A DNA stretch of 64,000 bases from Rhizobiaceae bacterium (GCA_965198665.1 CBDAPT010000008.1:378809-442808), one strand, 5' to 3'; shown: positions 39,134-49,641, numbered from the stretch's first letter. A program made the numbers and translations. The notes: a model not told the origin generated them from the sequence alone.

Positions 39134-39294
39134 TGCGCCCGGCAATAAGGTGCCGGATTTGGCACTTGAAAAAAGCCAGTCTCGCGCCAGTTTCGGAAAT
39201 TATTGTACGAAAACAGTATCAATCGGAACCCGGGGGAATGATACCGCAAATCTCCAATTGTAATGGCCCAACTGATGCTACATAATGGAAGCTG

Positions 39295-39507
39295 ATGTTT
39301 GCCATACCGAATTTTTATTTCTGGTTTGCTGCGCTCATATCCGGATTTGGATGGGTATGGCTATTCTTCATTAAGCCCGAAAAATATGAATTCACCCGGG
39401 TAGAAGGTTTTGTCATCTGGCTTTTGGGTGTGATTTTTTCCTGGCTGCTGTTTATTGCCAAATCCGAAACCTCGATACTGGAAGTACTTTCGGCAGCCAA
39501 ATTCTGA
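39295..39507 (+). CDS. Hypothetical small membrane protein (70 aa)
   Basis: Two clear hydrophobic segments in an AT-rich spacer. I see no recognisable family and no strong RBS. Confidence 0.25.
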   Translation: MFAIPNFYFWFAALISGFGWVWLFFIKPEKYEFTRVEGFVIWLLGVIFSWLLFIAKSETSILEVLSAAKF

Positions 39508-39618
39508 CGCCGGAATGTTTCGTATGCTCGCCACTTGAGAACCCTGGAAAAAATAGACTAACCTGTTTTTCGGCCGGTCTTTCAACACCGGCTGCGCATT
39601 CAATCGGGAGGTATTTCA

Positions 39619-40668
39619 ATGGCGGTGAAAACAACTTGCATCGGGGCTTATCCCAAACCGGATTATGTTCCGATCAGTGACTGGTTTCAGGTTGGTCATG
39701 AGGACGACTCTTACACCGAAAAAGTGCTGAGGAAATGGGACGATTCCGATACCCAAGAAGCCAGGGAACTGCTGGACCGGGCAACCTGCGAGGTTATTGC
39801 CGATCAGATTGAGTGCGGTATTGATGTGCCGACGGACGGCGAGATCCGACGCGACAATTATGTCCACTATCAGTGCAGGCATTTTGAAGGCTTTGACTTC
39901 GAGAACCTGACCGAAAGGGTCTTGCGCAACGGGGCCTATACCTCGTTTCTGCCGACCATCCGCTCCGACATCAAGGCAGGCGACACCTCTACCCTGGTCA
40001 ATGACTGGCGGTTTGCGGAGGAGGCTGCCGGACGTCCGGTCAAAATCACAATGCCCGGGCCGATGACCGTTTCAGATACTACCGCCGACGCCCATTATAA
40101 CGATGCAGTGCACCTGGCAACGGATTTGGCAAAAGCCCTTAACGCCCAGGTGACCGCACTTGCTGATGCCGGGTGCACCAATATCCAGATTGACGAACCC
40201 ATATTTGCACGAAAGCCAAAAGAGGCTCTTGAATATGGCATTGATACACTGCGTGCGTGTTTCGACGGTGTGCCGGACACGGTAAACCGCGCCATCCACA
40301 TGTGTTGCGGGTATCCAAATGCGCTTGATGCAAAAGACTATCCAAAGGCTGATCCCGACGCTTATCTTCAGATTGCTGAAGCTGTCGACGGCATTGCGGA
40401 TGAAATTTCCATCGAGGATGCGCATCGCCACAATCCCAATGACTTGTTTTCCAGGTTCAGTCAGTCAAAACTGATTGTCGGCTTTGTCACCATCGCCTCA
40501 AACCGGGTGGAACCGGTTGATGAGGTAAAGGCACGCATGGCCCAGGTGCTGGAAATCCTTCCGAAAGAACAAATGATCGCAGCACCCGATTGCGGGTTGG
40601 GTTTTCTGGGGCGGGAACTGGCCATGACGAAACTGCGGGTACTTACAGAAGCTGCACAGAGTTTTTGA
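39619..40668 (+). CDS. Cobalamin-independent methionine-synthase-like (MetE C-terminal domain / Meth_synt_2 family) protein
   Basis: 349 aa with GAYPKP...TDGEIRRDNY...IQIDEP...HMCCGY...EDAHR...APDCG. Zn-ligand-like His/Cys/Glu/Cys pattern. GGGAGG RBS before the ATG. Confidence 0.7.
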   Translation: MAVKTTCIGAYPKPDYVPISDWFQVGHEDDSYTEKVLRKWDDSDTQEARELLDRATCEVIADQIECGIDVPTDGEIRRDNYVHYQCRHFEGFDFENLTERVLRNGAYTSFLPTIRSDIKAGDTSTLVNDWRFAEEAAGRPVKITMPGPMTVSDTTADAHYNDAVHLATDLAKALNAQVTALADAGCTNIQIDEPIFARKPKEALEYGIDTLRACFDGVPDTVNRAIHMCCGYPNALDAKDYPKADPDAYLQIAEAVDGIADEISIEDAHRHNPNDLFSRFSQSKLIVGFVTIASNRVEPVDEVKARMAQVLEILPKEQMIAAPDCGLGFLGRELAMTKLRVLTEAAQSF

Positions 40669-40822
40669 TCATCCCCAAACGCAACACTTTAGTGAAACCT
40701 AAAAACCTGCCCTTCTGCCGCCCACGAATGTCCGCGAGAACGATATGGCTTGTTCTGGCCAAAATTTGCCGCCAAAATAGCGGGTAGTTTCGTCTGAAAA
40801 ACAGGTTCCGGGAAAACACCCC

Positions 40823-42796
40823 ATGTCACCCCTTCGTAACATTTTGTCCATCCTGGTACTCGTGACGATGATGGGACTGGTTGCCGAGCGCTCCAGTTCA
40901 AAGGACATTCAGATTGAACCGGCCACGCATCCCGCACTGGTTGATGCGGACCTACCGCCGTTAATTCCGGTGGAGACTTTCTTTTCCACCCGTACGGAAA
41001 GCTGGCGCCATCGGGTATCTCCTGATGGAACAAAACTGCTATGGATCGCGCTGCATGATGGCCGGCCTACTGTGCATTTTCGTCATCTTAATTCTGAGGA
41101 TGTTACGATTATTAAAGGTAAGAGGGCTGTCAGATGGGCACACTGGGCCGCTGACAACCGCCACATAACCGGCTGGTGGGACAATGACGGGGATGAGAAT
41201 TTTCATTTCCTGCTGGCAGACAGCGAAAACCCCGAAAAGCCGTTCCGTGATGTTACACAGTACAGAAGTACCAAGGTGAGGTTTCAGCAATGGTTTCCTG
41301 ACAAGCCACTCGAATACCTGCTTTCTGACAACCGCAGGGATAAGTCTCTGTTTGACCTGTACTGGCATAATGTCGGCACCGGTGAAGAACGAATGGTGCT
41401 CCAAAATCCCGGGGACATTTCGTTCTATCAAACAGATTTGTCTGGAAACGTGATCGCGGTAGGACGCCGACTGGACGACGAACGCTGGGCGTTTGAAGTA
41501 TCCGACGGTGACGGCGGCTGGAACAGAATGATTGAAGGTGGTGTTGAAGATACATTCTGGATAGTCGGCACTCCGCCCGTGAACGCCAAATGGGCATGGG
41601 CTATCTCCAATATCGCACGAGACCGGCAGGTTTTGGTGAAGTATGATCTTGCGAAAGGAAGAGAAACCGTCGTTTATGAAAACCCGAACGCTGACGTAAC
41701 CAATGTATGGATTGATGATGATACATACGAACTGATGGCCGCCTGGTCGTCACCGGATTACAATCTTATCAAGATTTTCAACAGTGAACTCCAGTCGGTC
41801 TATGACAAATTCGCCAGCAAGAGGAAAACCAATTTCAGAGTCAGAAGCAGATCCCGCAACTTTGATGTGCTCACCATAAGTCTCAGCTCGGATGTGACGT
41901 CAGACGAGGCCTTCCTGCTCGACAGACGATCAGGTTCCCTGACCAAGCTTGCAGAAACGGCAGTGGCTCGTCATTCGCACAACCTTTCCGAAATGAAACC
42001 CATCCGTTTCACCGCACGCGATGGAATGGTTCTCAACGGATATCTGACCATACCCAATGGTACTACAGGCAAAAAGCTGCCCATGGTTCTGGCGGTACAC
42101 GGGGGACCGTTCGCCAGGGACATATGGGGTTTTTATGATTACGATCAGTTTTTTGCCAATCGCGGTTATGCGGTGCTGCGGGTTAACTACAGGGGGTCCA
42201 CCGGTTATGGCCGGGATTATATAGCGGCTGCCAACCGGCAAATCGGCCGCGCCATGCATACCGATCTGATTGACGGGGTTAACTGGGCGATTGAACACGG
42301 CATAGCCGATCGCGACAAAATTGCCATTTACGGGCGCAGTTATGGCGGTTACTCGGCGCTTGCTGGGCTTACTTTCACACCAGAAGTTTTTGCTGCAGGA
42401 GTCAATATTGTTGGAGTGGCAGACCTTGAACTGGTCTACAAGACATTTCCTGCATACTGGAGAAACTGGCTCAATCGCTGGTACAAATATATCGGTCATC
42501 CCGATAGTCCCGAGGATATGGCTGAGCTTCGCAGATACTCACCCATAAATCATGTTGAAAAGATCACCAAGCCACTGTTTGTCGCCCAGGGTTCTAATGA
42601 CGTTCGGGTCGTCAAAGAACACTCAGACCGGATCGTTGAAGCGGCAAAGCGCAATGGTGTTGATGTTGAGTATGTCATTTATGATGATGAGGGCCACCAG
42701 ATCAGGAAGTGGAACAATCGCATGGATCTGGCTCGAAAAATTGAACGGTTTCTTGCTAAGCACATTGGCGGGCGAATGGAACTCACATCCGATTGA
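40823..42796 (+). CDS. Secreted S9-family serine peptidase (prolyl oligopeptidase / acylaminoacyl-peptidase type)
   Basis: Signal peptide, beta-propeller-like N-terminal half, and a C-terminal alpha/beta hydrolase with GRSYGGY (Ser nucleophile), ...QGSNDVRV... and ...DEGH. Confidence 0.85.
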   Translation: MSPLRNILSILVLVTMMGLVAERSSSKDIQIEPATHPALVDADLPPLIPVETFFSTRTESWRHRVSPDGTKLLWIALHDGRPTVHFRHLNSEDVTIIKGKRAVRWAHWAADNRHITGWWDNDGDENFHFLLADSENPEKPFRDVTQYRSTKVRFQQWFPDKPLEYLLSDNRRDKSLFDLYWHNVGTGEERMVLQNPGDISFYQTDLSGNVIAVGRRLDDERWAFEVSDGDGGWNRMIEGGVEDTFWIVGTPPVNAKWAWAISNIARDRQVLVKYDLAKGRETVVYENPNADVTNVWIDDDTYELMAAWSSPDYNLIKIFNSELQSVYDKFASKRKTNFRVRSRSRNFDVLTISLSSDVTSDEAFLLDRRSGSLTKLAETAVARHSHNLSEMKPIRFTARDGMVLNGYLTIPNGTTGKKLPMVLAVHGGPFARDIWGFYDYDQFFANRGYAVLRVNYRGSTGYGRDYIAAANRQIGRAMHTDLIDGVNWAIEHGIADRDKIAIYGRSYGGYSALAGLTFTPEVFAAGVNIVGVADLELVYKTFPAYWRNWLNRWYKYIGHPDSPEDMAELRRYSPINHVEKITKPLFVAQGSNDVRVVKEHSDRIVEAAKRNGVDVEYVIYDDEGHQIRKWNNRMDLARKIERFLAKHIGGRMELTSD

Positions 42797-42899
42797 TGCG
42801 GTTAATTCAACCCGCATCTCCGCAAAAGGGAATCCGCTCGAAATATGCAGCCCCTCACAAGGCATTTGCGACTAGACAAGCAGCACGTGAACAGAGGTG

Positions 42900-43808
42900 T
42901 TAGTTCCCCGCTTTCACAACGCGTTCCCGATTTATCGTATACAAGCCGGTTGCAACGATAACTATCGCTCCGACAAGCGTCCATAAATCAGGCAATTGAT
43001 CGAACAGGAGATAGCCATACATGGTTGCCCAGATCAAAAGACTGTATTGAACCGGTGCGACCACTACCGCATGAGCAACGTCCAAAGCCATAATGATGAG
43101 GGTTTCAGCAAACGCTGCAAAAACAGCAATGGCTATTAGCAGACCTATTTGTCCAAGCGTTTCCGGTGATGTCCAGACGAAGGGAAGCGGGATACAAAGC
43201 AAAGCCCATGAAACAATCGCAGTATATGCGACAGTTGTTGCGGTGCTGTCACCGTTCGCCAACACCCGTGACAATATCTGACGGCAGGCAAATGCTGTTG
43301 CAGCAATAATCAAGAGAAAGGCTGCCGGATGTACAACACCCATTCCCGGTCGCAAGACGATCAGAGTGCCGCAGAAGCCTATAACAACAGCAGCCCATCG
43401 CCTGATGCCGACCGGCTCCTTGAGCAACACCGCTCCCATAATGGTTACGATAAATGGCGCAATGAACGTTATGGAAACAGCATCAGCCAGCGGGACATAG
43501 GCAACCCCGATCACGAATAATGTCGCGGAAAATACTGCCAGTACCCCGCGGGCTATCTGCAATTTTGGCTGGGTCGTGTACAGAATCCGGAACCCGCGTA
43601 CTGCCATATACAACAGAATTCCAACCAAAAGCCCGCTCTGTCGACTCCAGACAATCTGAACCGGAGGCAGGGTTTCGGTGAGCAATTTGGCAAAGGCATC
43701 TGTTGCGGCAAACAGGGCCATTCCGGCAAACATATAGGCGAGGCCCAACCGGCTATTGACCGGTCTGGATGTCATGTCGGTCTCAATTGGAGTTTTGGAA
43801 AGCGTCAC
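42900..43808 (-). CDS. DMT-superfamily (EamA) transporter
   Basis: 302 aa with 10 predicted TM segments. Confidence 0.75.
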   Translation of the reverse strand: MTLSKTPIETDMTSRPVNSRLGLAYMFAGMALFAATDAFAKLLTETLPPVQIVWSRQSGLLVGILLYMAVRGFRILYTTQPKLQIARGVLAVFSATLFVIGVAYVPLADAVSITFIAPFIVTIMGAVLLKEPVGIRRWAAVVIGFCGTLIVLRPGMGVVHPAAFLLIIAATAFACRQILSRVLANGDSTATTVAYTAIVSWALLCIPLPFVWTSPETLGQIGLLIAIAVFAAFAETLIIMALDVAHAVVVAPVQYSLLIWATMYGYLLFDQLPDLWTLVGAIVIVATGLYTINRERVVKAGN

Positions 43809-43880
43809 AGATTTTCCACCGGGATATGGCCATCACTGTAATTGCGGATGCACTGACCTGACAGCACCCATCCGCCCGCG

Positions 43881-44594
43881 TTACGTCACGGCCCGTTTGA
43901 ACCCGTCATACATCGCCCGTGAGCATGCCTCGAAGTCATCCATCACGGCAGCAGCGTCTGCTTTCAGCGTTTCCAGCGCACCGGGGCCCAGAGAGTTTTC
44001 AAGTGCCTGGGCGTAGGCAGGTATTTCGCCCCAATTGGCCACTGTGTCCGGCTCGCATTCCACATGATACTGCGCCGACCAGGCGTTCTCGCCCACCCGC
44101 ATTGCCTGGTAACGTCCAGCACTGGATGACGCCAGACAGACCGTATCTTCAGGCATTTGTGCAACCTCGACCGAATGCCATTGCAGGCATTTCTGCACCG
44201 GCGGTAGACTGCCGAAAACCGGGTCGCGCCTGCCCTCTTCGGTAAGTTTGACTTCCAGCACACCAATCTCGGGCGGTCTGGCGGGACCGCAGGTGCCGCC
44301 CAGCGCATCGGCAAGAAGCTGATGGCCAAGGCAAAGCCCGAGATAGGGTTTCTTCATGTCGCGCACCCAGGTGCGGATCGCCCGCTTCTCCTCAATCAAC
44401 CAGGGGTTCTCTGCCACATCCCAGACATCCATCGGCCCGCCCATGACCCAGAGTGCGTCGTAATTTTCAAGGTTGGGAATAGGCTCTCCCTCGTCCAGTT
44501 CCACCGCATCCCATTCGATTGCATCCTCGCGCAGGTAATTGCGCAGCGAGCCCGGATGCTCACAATCCACGTGCTGAAAAACCAACAGGCGCAT
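43881..44594 (-). CDS. Class-I glutamine amidotransferase-like protein
   Basis: MRLLVFQHVDCEHPG...PYLGLCLGHQLLA (nucleophile Cys elbow) ...QYHVE. Confidence 0.8.
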   Translation of the reverse strand: MRLLVFQHVDCEHPGSLRNYLREDAIEWDAVELDEGEPIPNLENYDALWVMGGPMDVWDVAENPWLIEEKRAIRTWVRDMKKPYLGLCLGHQLLADALGGTCGPARPPEIGVLEVKLTEEGRRDPVFGSLPPVQKCLQWHSVEVAQMPEDTVCLASSSAGRYQAMRVGENAWSAQYHVECEPDTVANWGEIPAYAQALENSLGPGALETLKADAAAVMDDFEACSRAMYDGFKRAVT

Positions 44595-44606
44595 AGCCCA
44601 CTCCCC

Positions 44607-45332
44607 TTAGTTGATGGAAACATCAACCCGCAGTGTATCGCCTTTTCGGCCCATGTCACGAGGTAATTCGCGGTTCGCAATCGTACTCGAAATCTCGCGC
44701 AGGAGCTTGCGGCGGATGGCCCGGCCAAAGTCCTCAAACCCATCTGCCCGCTCAACAAAAGCGCCGGGGCCGGTTATCACTCTTTCACGGTAATAGGCGT
44801 CAAGGTCAGGGTGATCCCTGGATACTATCGGCAGCCCGTTAATGGTGACGTTTTCCGCCTCCGCAAGGAGCTTTGCATCCGGCATCATGATTGAGGTGGC
44901 GAACCAGAACTCGGTTTCCACCCCTGCGCCAATTCCGGTGCCACCTCCGCCGAAGCTGATTGTGTTATCCGCGCTCAACTGGAAGGTCCGGATGAGGGCC
45001 GCGAATGCATCAGCCGACTGTGGACTGTCGAGCACATGCCACCCGGTATTCACCTTGGGGAAAGCAGCATCTGACCACAACATCACGTTGACCGCTATCT
45101 TGCCTACGAGGCCTGACAGAATAGCTGCCTGAACCGCCGGATCGCGAAAGGCGGACGATGTGCCCTCGAGCTGGAGGATATATTCGGCTTCGCTGATCGA
45201 GCCAGAGGCGTCCATCGCCAGCACGAGTTCCAGATCCACCTCTTCCGCATTCACGGAAGCGGCAGCAAAAAATAATACGATTGCCGCAATGCGCGTAATT
45301 GCCCGCGCCGTTTCCGCTCCGAGGTGCACCAC
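44607..45332 (-). CDS. DUF1194 (vWA-like) secreted protein
   Basis: Signal peptide, then VDLELVLAMDASGSISEAEY...AVNVMLWS.... Pattern as I remember for DUF1194. Confidence 0.6.
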   Translation of the reverse strand: MVHLGAETARAITRIAAIVLFFAAASVNAEEVDLELVLAMDASGSISEAEYILQLEGTSSAFRDPAVQAAILSGLVGKIAVNVMLWSDAAFPKVNTGWHVLDSPQSADAFAALIRTFQLSADNTISFGGGGTGIGAGVETEFWFATSIMMPDAKLLAEAENVTINGLPIVSRDHPDLDAYYRERVITGPGAFVERADGFEDFGRAIRRKLLREISSTIANRELPRDMGRKGDTLRVDVSIN

Positions 45333-45423
45333 CGCCAGGCGGAGCCTGCGATGACTTGAATTGCCGTTACCAATACCCCTACCGCAGAATTGCGCACAAG
45401 CGCAATCGCCTCTTCGAACAGAC

Positions 45424-46544
45424 TGTGCCGAAGAGAGATTTCACGCTGTGCGCTTCCCAGAGGTTTGAGAGCGGTCATGGCGGTGCCTGCGCATCTCTGA
45501 ACACCTCCTCCGGCGTCCGGAAGCCGAGTGCCTTGCGCGGCCGTGCGTTGAGCAGATCCTCCACCGCCTGGACCTCGGCATCGGTCACAGACCGGAAATC
45601 CGTGCCTTTCGGCAAATACTGGCGGACCAGTCCATTGGTGTGTTCATTCAGCCCGCGCTCCCATGAGTGGTAGGGCCGGGCAAAATAGAACTTGGCATCA
45701 AGCGCCTTGGACAGGCTGCTGTGGCCAGCGAATTCCTTACCGTTGTCCGCAGTGATCGTGTGAACCAGGTGCCGATCTGCCTCCAGCCGGCGTCTGAGCG
45801 CAGCTCCGACATCTTCGGCCGTTTTCCTGTCGAGCCGTACCAGTCGGGTCATCTTCGAGGCGCGGTCCACCGCCGAAACCACTGCGCCGCTTTGACCCGC
45901 TCCAACGATCGTGTCCACCTCCCAGTCACCGATCCGCAACTTCTGTTCGACGATCGCGGGCCGCTCACTGATATCGACACGACCGGGAATGCGTCCTCGC
46001 CCGGCGTGCCGGCCGCCGCGCCAATTCGGTTTCTTCCCACGCCGCCGCAGACGTTTGTAAAGGCTGCCACCGGCCCTGCGGTCCGCGCGGACGTATTCGT
46101 AGATCCGCATCCGCCCCACCATGGCTTGGCCTTCCCGACGAAACCGACCCGAAATTTGCTCTGGGCTCCAGCCAGCCGCCAACTTCTCCTCGACCAATTG
46201 CCACAGGGCGGGTGTCATCTTCCTTGGCACCGATGACGCCCTGTGGCGGCGCTCTGTCGCCTTGTTATGGGCCTGTTTGTACCGGTAGCCCCGGCCGCCG
46301 CTGTTGCGCTGCATCTCTCGACGGATTGTCGTGTGATGGCGTCCGAGCTCACGCCCAATGTCTCTCTGCGAGAGGCCGCTTTTCTTCAACCCCCAAATCT
46401 GGCAACGTTCATCTTGGGTCAGGTGGTGGTAGCCGCGAGGCATAGGCGAATCTCCTTCTACAAGATTCTCGCCATCGCCTGGCCCGCCCGCAAGGAAGAA
46501 TGCTCATCACGCTGCCGTTTTCACTGGTGCACTTCGGAATGGCA
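45424..46544 (-). mobile_element. IS30-family insertion sequence (boundaries approximate)
   Basis: Contains a complete IS30 transposase. Only a weak candidate IR (GTGCC..CGAAG) was found at the proposed ends, so the limits are tentative. Confidence 0.35.
45475..46443 (-). CDS. IS30-family transposase
   Basis: MPRGYHHLTQDERCQIWGLKKSGLSQRDIGRELGRHHTTIRREMQRN... with the DDE region ...GDWEVDTIVG...ITADNGKEF...PYHSWERGLNEHTNGL. Confidence 0.9.
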   Translation of the reverse strand: MPRGYHHLTQDERCQIWGLKKSGLSQRDIGRELGRHHTTIRREMQRNSGGRGYRYKQAHNKATERRHRASSVPRKMTPALWQLVEEKLAAGWSPEQISGRFRREGQAMVGRMRIYEYVRADRRAGGSLYKRLRRRGKKPNWRGGRHAGRGRIPGRVDISERPAIVEQKLRIGDWEVDTIVGAGQSGAVVSAVDRASKMTRLVRLDRKTAEDVGAALRRRLEADRHLVHTITADNGKEFAGHSSLSKALDAKFYFARPYHSWERGLNEHTNGLVRQYLPKGTDFRSVTDAEVQAVEDLLNARPRKALGFRTPEEVFRDAQAPP

Positions 46545-46645
46545 CGGGGGCCGCATAAAGCCTGTTCCTTGTGACGCCATGCACTGTAAATGGGGTAGCC
46601 TGACAGTCAAATCAGGTATGTGTGTTCCAGGGCCGATTTACCTGA

Positions 46646-46677
46646 CCAAAAACAAACACCCCGGCAGAACCGGGGTG
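46646..46677 (-). terminator. Rho-independent terminator of tmm
   Basis: CACCCCGG-n5-CCGGGGTG (46657-46677), followed on the minus strand by TTTGTTTTTGG. Confidence 0.7.
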
Positions 46678-46704
46678 CAAAGTCACTCTGTTGATCGTGG
46701 GAGA

Positions 46705-48042
46705 TCAGATCTGGAGATAGCTCTCCAGAGAATCATCCAGCGCATCTTTCCATGGTGTGTGATGCGGTGGTGCCTGCGTGCCGGTCATCGGCGACACATA
46801 TCCGTGGTTGCGGAATTCCATGATGCCTTTCTTCTTGTGTTTCTTCCACTGGAAGAAAGCCTCGTTTGCAGCATCAATGTCGAAGCTGGGATAATCCGTC
46901 TCGTTGATAAGTTCCTGAGTGTATGCGCCCTGATAACGAATGCAGTCGTAATCGTCTTCCAGCGCGTCTTCGGCATCCACACGGGCGTTGACGTCAGCCA
47001 CCATGGCCGCCTTGTCCGGCATGGAAATCTTGCCCATGATCGCATCGCGTGTCCACCAGGCCTGGGCATCGAACATGTTAAACGTGTACCACTGATCCTG
47101 CATCCCGAGATAGAAGAGGTCCGCGTCATGCACATAGGCCACGCCCTTGTAGAGGTCAGCGGAGGCAAGACGGTTTGCGGTCCGCAGGCGCAGATTGTCC
47201 GCCATGAACGGGAAGCGATGCAGATAGCCGGTACACAATATTATCGCGTCAACGTCCTTGGTAGTACCGTCCTTGAAGTGTGCCGTCTTGCCTTCAACTT
47301 TTATCAGGGCCGGAACTTCCTGCCAGTTGTCGGGCCAGTCATAGCCCATTGGAGCGGTGCGGTGGGCAACGGTCACCGATTTGCAACCGTATTTCCAGCA
47401 CTGGGAGCCGATGTCCTCGGCGGAGTAGGATGTGCCCAGGATAAGGATGTCCTTGTCATTCATCTCCATCGCATCACGGAAATCGTGGGCGTGCAGCACC
47501 CTGCCCTTGAAGGTTTCGAAACCGGGATAATGCGGCACATTGGGGGTTGAGAAGTGACCGGAAGCCACAACTACATGATCGAAGACTTCATCGCTTTCGG
47601 TATCGTTGACGCTGTCATTGGCAATGACGCGAAACTTTCCGTCCGCATTCTTTTCGACGCGGCGTACCACGTGATTGAACTTGATCCAGTCACGTACGCC
47701 TGCTTTCTTCACCCGTCCCTCGATATAATCGAACAGGACCGCGCGCGGCGGATATGAGGCAATCGGTTTGCCGAAATGCTCTTCAAAGGTGTAATCGGCA
47801 AATTCAAGCCCCTCTTTCGGACCGTTGGACCACAGATAGCGATACATGGAACCGTGAACAGCCTCACCATGCTCATCAAGGCCGGTGCGCCAGGTGTATT
47901 TCCAAAGGCCGCCCCAGTCGTCCTGTTTTTCGTAGCAGACGATTTCAGGAATTTCCTCGCCGTTCTGCTTTGCTGACTGGAATGCCCGCAATTGGGCGAG
48001 CCCAGAAGGCCCCGCACCGATAACCGCTATCCGTTTCGTCAT
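46705..48042 (-). CDS. tmm: Flavin-containing monooxygenase, bacterial trimethylamine monooxygenase type
   Basis: [15 protein letters not shown] (FAD), FxGxxxHxxxY-like [26 protein letters not shown] (NADPH), C-terminal ...PPHHTPW.... GGGAGGGA RBS before ATG 48042. Confidence 0.8.
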   Translation of the reverse strand: MTKRIAVIGAGPSGLAQLRAFQSAKQNGEEIPEIVCYEKQDDWGGLWKYTWRTGLDEHGEAVHGSMYRYLWSNGPKEGLEFADYTFEEHFGKPIASYPPRAVLFDYIEGRVKKAGVRDWIKFNHVVRRVEKNADGKFRVIANDSVNDTESDEVFDHVVVASGHFSTPNVPHYPGFETFKGRVLHAHDFRDAMEMNDKDILILGTSYSAEDIGSQCWKYGCKSVTVAHRTAPMGYDWPDNWQEVPALIKVEGKTAHFKDGTTKDVDAIILCTGYLHRFPFMADNLRLRTANRLASADLYKGVAYVHDADLFYLGMQDQWYTFNMFDAQAWWTRDAIMGKISMPDKAAMVADVNARVDAEDALEDDYDCIRYQGAYTQELINETDYPSFDIDAANEAFFQWKKHKKKGIMEFRNHGYVSPMTGTQAPPHHTPWKDALDDSLESYLQI

Positions 48043-48082
48043 GATTTCCCTCCCAGAAAGTGTTGATGCCGTCACAAATTCG

Positions 48083-48216
48083 AAATTGGTATACCATACC
48101 TGAACCAATTTTAGGATATTCGAACCAATAGTCAATAAAATCCTTGATTTTCCAGCCCAATATGTACCAATTTGTGGGTAATTGGTATAGCGAAGTCGAG
48201 ATTTGGTATTTTTGGT
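48083..48216. promoter_or_regulatory. Array of ATTGGT/ACCAAT operator-like repeats in the tmm / SBP divergent region
   Basis: TGGTATACCA (48087-48096); ACCAAT (48104-48109 and 48124-48129); TACCAATT-n7-AATTGGTA (48165-48187); TTGGT twice (48203-48216). Confidence 0.6.
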
Positions 48217-48263
48217 CCCTTGGAACAAGGACTTACCCTCGGCAGGCGCAGCAGGAGACTATT

Positions 48264-49574
48264 GTGAGTGCAGCAAGTTTTGCATTACGCATGTCCGTGG
48301 TGGGGGCAACGTCGCGTTTCGGGGTCAGTGCGGAACAGACCATCAAAATAGGATTTCTCGCACCGCTCACCGGTGAGGTGAGTTCCTGGGGCCAGCCGGG
48401 TCTCAACGGCTCGCACATCTGGGCGGACCGGGTGAATAGCGAAGGCGGCATCCTGCTCAATGGTCAGCGCCATAAAATAGAGATTGTTGCCTATGATTGC
48501 GGCTATGATGCGGATCGGGCACTGGCAGGCGCTAAAAAACTGATCCAGGAGGAAGACGTAAAATTCCTGATGATGCTGGGCGGGGACACCTTCACCCCGA
48601 TCCTGGATTATGTGCGCCAGCGCAAGATCCTCACCTCCACTCTTTTGCCCAGCGATCTTTCGCCGGACACACCCTATCTGATCGCCCCAAGCGAAATTCA
48701 TCCAATCTACAACGTTACAGGTGTTGAGTGGCTCGCGCAGAACAAGCCGCTTCTCAAAACCGTTGCCCTGTGCAGCCAGAAAGATGCACTGGGGCTGCCG
48801 TCACTGGCCACCTATCGCGCGGCTTTTGAAGCAACAGACATCGAAATCGTCGAGGAGGTGATTTACAACCCGGAAAATCCGGACGCCGATGGTATCGTCG
48901 AAACGCTGATGGCCTCACAGCCGGACATTATGTGCTGGTGTACTGCCTATGAGCCGGTCGTTCATGCACTCACCCAGGCTGCCTATCAAAGAGGTTATGA
49001 AGGACAGCTTCTGTCCTGTACAATTGACGACTACAAGTCGCTGATTGAAGCGACCAGCACGGAATTCATGGAAGGGTTCGTGTTCCAGTTTCCGGATTTT
49101 GATGATCAGAAGCTCAACTCAAAATCCGTCAATTTCAATCGGCCCAACGCGTTTTATGCGGAATATGACCAGCGGTTCCCAGGTTCCTGGACTGCCGTTT
49201 CCTGGGAATATGTATCCGGCCTCGATCTGTGGCGTTCGGCAATCGAAAAAGCCGGCACTGTTGAACCGGTCTCCGTTCTTGCCGCCATGAAGCACGGCGG
49301 TCAGGCAGTCCATGCCTTTGGCAATGCCGAGTGGTGGGGTGATGAACTGTTCGGCATCGATAATGCGCTTGTCGGAGACTGGCCGGTGGTATCTATCAGG
49401 AACGGCAAGGCGCAGATCGAGGAATTCCGTTCCACGATCAGCTGGTGCCGTGATCACGTGGGATTGCTTGAGAAACACATGCGGGCCCTGGGCCAGATGT
49501 GGGATCAGCGACTGGTACCCAAGCCGGTCGAGGAAACAACAATTCCACGCCATTTCTCCCCACACCGTGCATAA
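48264..49574 (+). CDS. LivK/AmiC-type (Peripla_BP_6) ligand-binding protein with no obvious signal peptide
   Basis: IKIGFLAPLTGEVSSWG... is typical of family-1 branched-chain/amide binding proteins. AGGAG lies 6 nt before GTG 48264. The N-terminus is not clearly hydrophobic. Confidence 0.7.
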   Translation: MSAASFALRMSVVGATSRFGVSAEQTIKIGFLAPLTGEVSSWGQPGLNGSHIWADRVNSEGGILLNGQRHKIEIVAYDCGYDADRALAGAKKLIQEEDVKFLMMLGGDTFTPILDYVRQRKILTSTLLPSDLSPDTPYLIAPSEIHPIYNVTGVEWLAQNKPLLKTVALCSQKDALGLPSLATYRAAFEATDIEIVEEVIYNPENPDADGIVETLMASQPDIMCWCTAYEPVVHALTQAAYQRGYEGQLLSCTIDDYKSLIEATSTEFMEGFVFQFPDFDDQKLNSKSVNFNRPNAFYAEYDQRFPGSWTAVSWEYVSGLDLWRSAIEKAGTVEPVSVLAAMKHGGQAVHAFGNAEWWGDELFGIDNALVGDWPVVSIRNGKAQIEEFRSTISWCRDHVGLLEKHMRALGQMWDQRLVPKPVEETTIPRHFSPHRA

Positions 49575-49610
49575 AAACGCTTTCATCATTTCCAGCAGCC
49601 GTCTCTGCCC

Positions 49611-49641
49611 TTGACTTGGAGTAACTCCAGGCCGGTATAAA
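49611..49641 (+). promoter_or_regulatory. MerR-type promoter with a 19-bp spacer containing a palindrome
   Basis: TTGACT (49611-49616), 19 nt, then TATAAA (49636-49641). The spacer starts with TGGAGT-A-ACTCCA (49617-49629). Lies 25 nt upstream of the merR-family ATG. Confidence 0.55.

Noticed and set aside
39508-39618. Possible SAM or cobalamin riboswitch upstream of the MetE-like gene
   Set aside because: I found only a short GCCGG/CCGGC hairpin. None of the conserved SAM-II or B12-box sequence elements that I can recall are present.
45424-46544. Clean terminal inverted repeats and a target duplication for the IS30 element
   Set aside because: I could find only a weak GTGCC..CGAAG match at the plausible ends. 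The element is reported with approximate limits, and no TSD is claimed.
46243-47550. 435-aa ORF on the + strand
   Set aside because: It lies entirely antisense to the well-supported tmm gene and has no recognisable motifs. I treat it as a shadow ORF. The same reasoning applies to 21053-21946 (antisense to fpr), 19083-19919 (antisense to istA), 37182-38057 (antisense to the IS1111-like transposase), 12040-12873 (antisense to boxB and the reductase), 25500-26186, 29011-29736 and 35258-35899.
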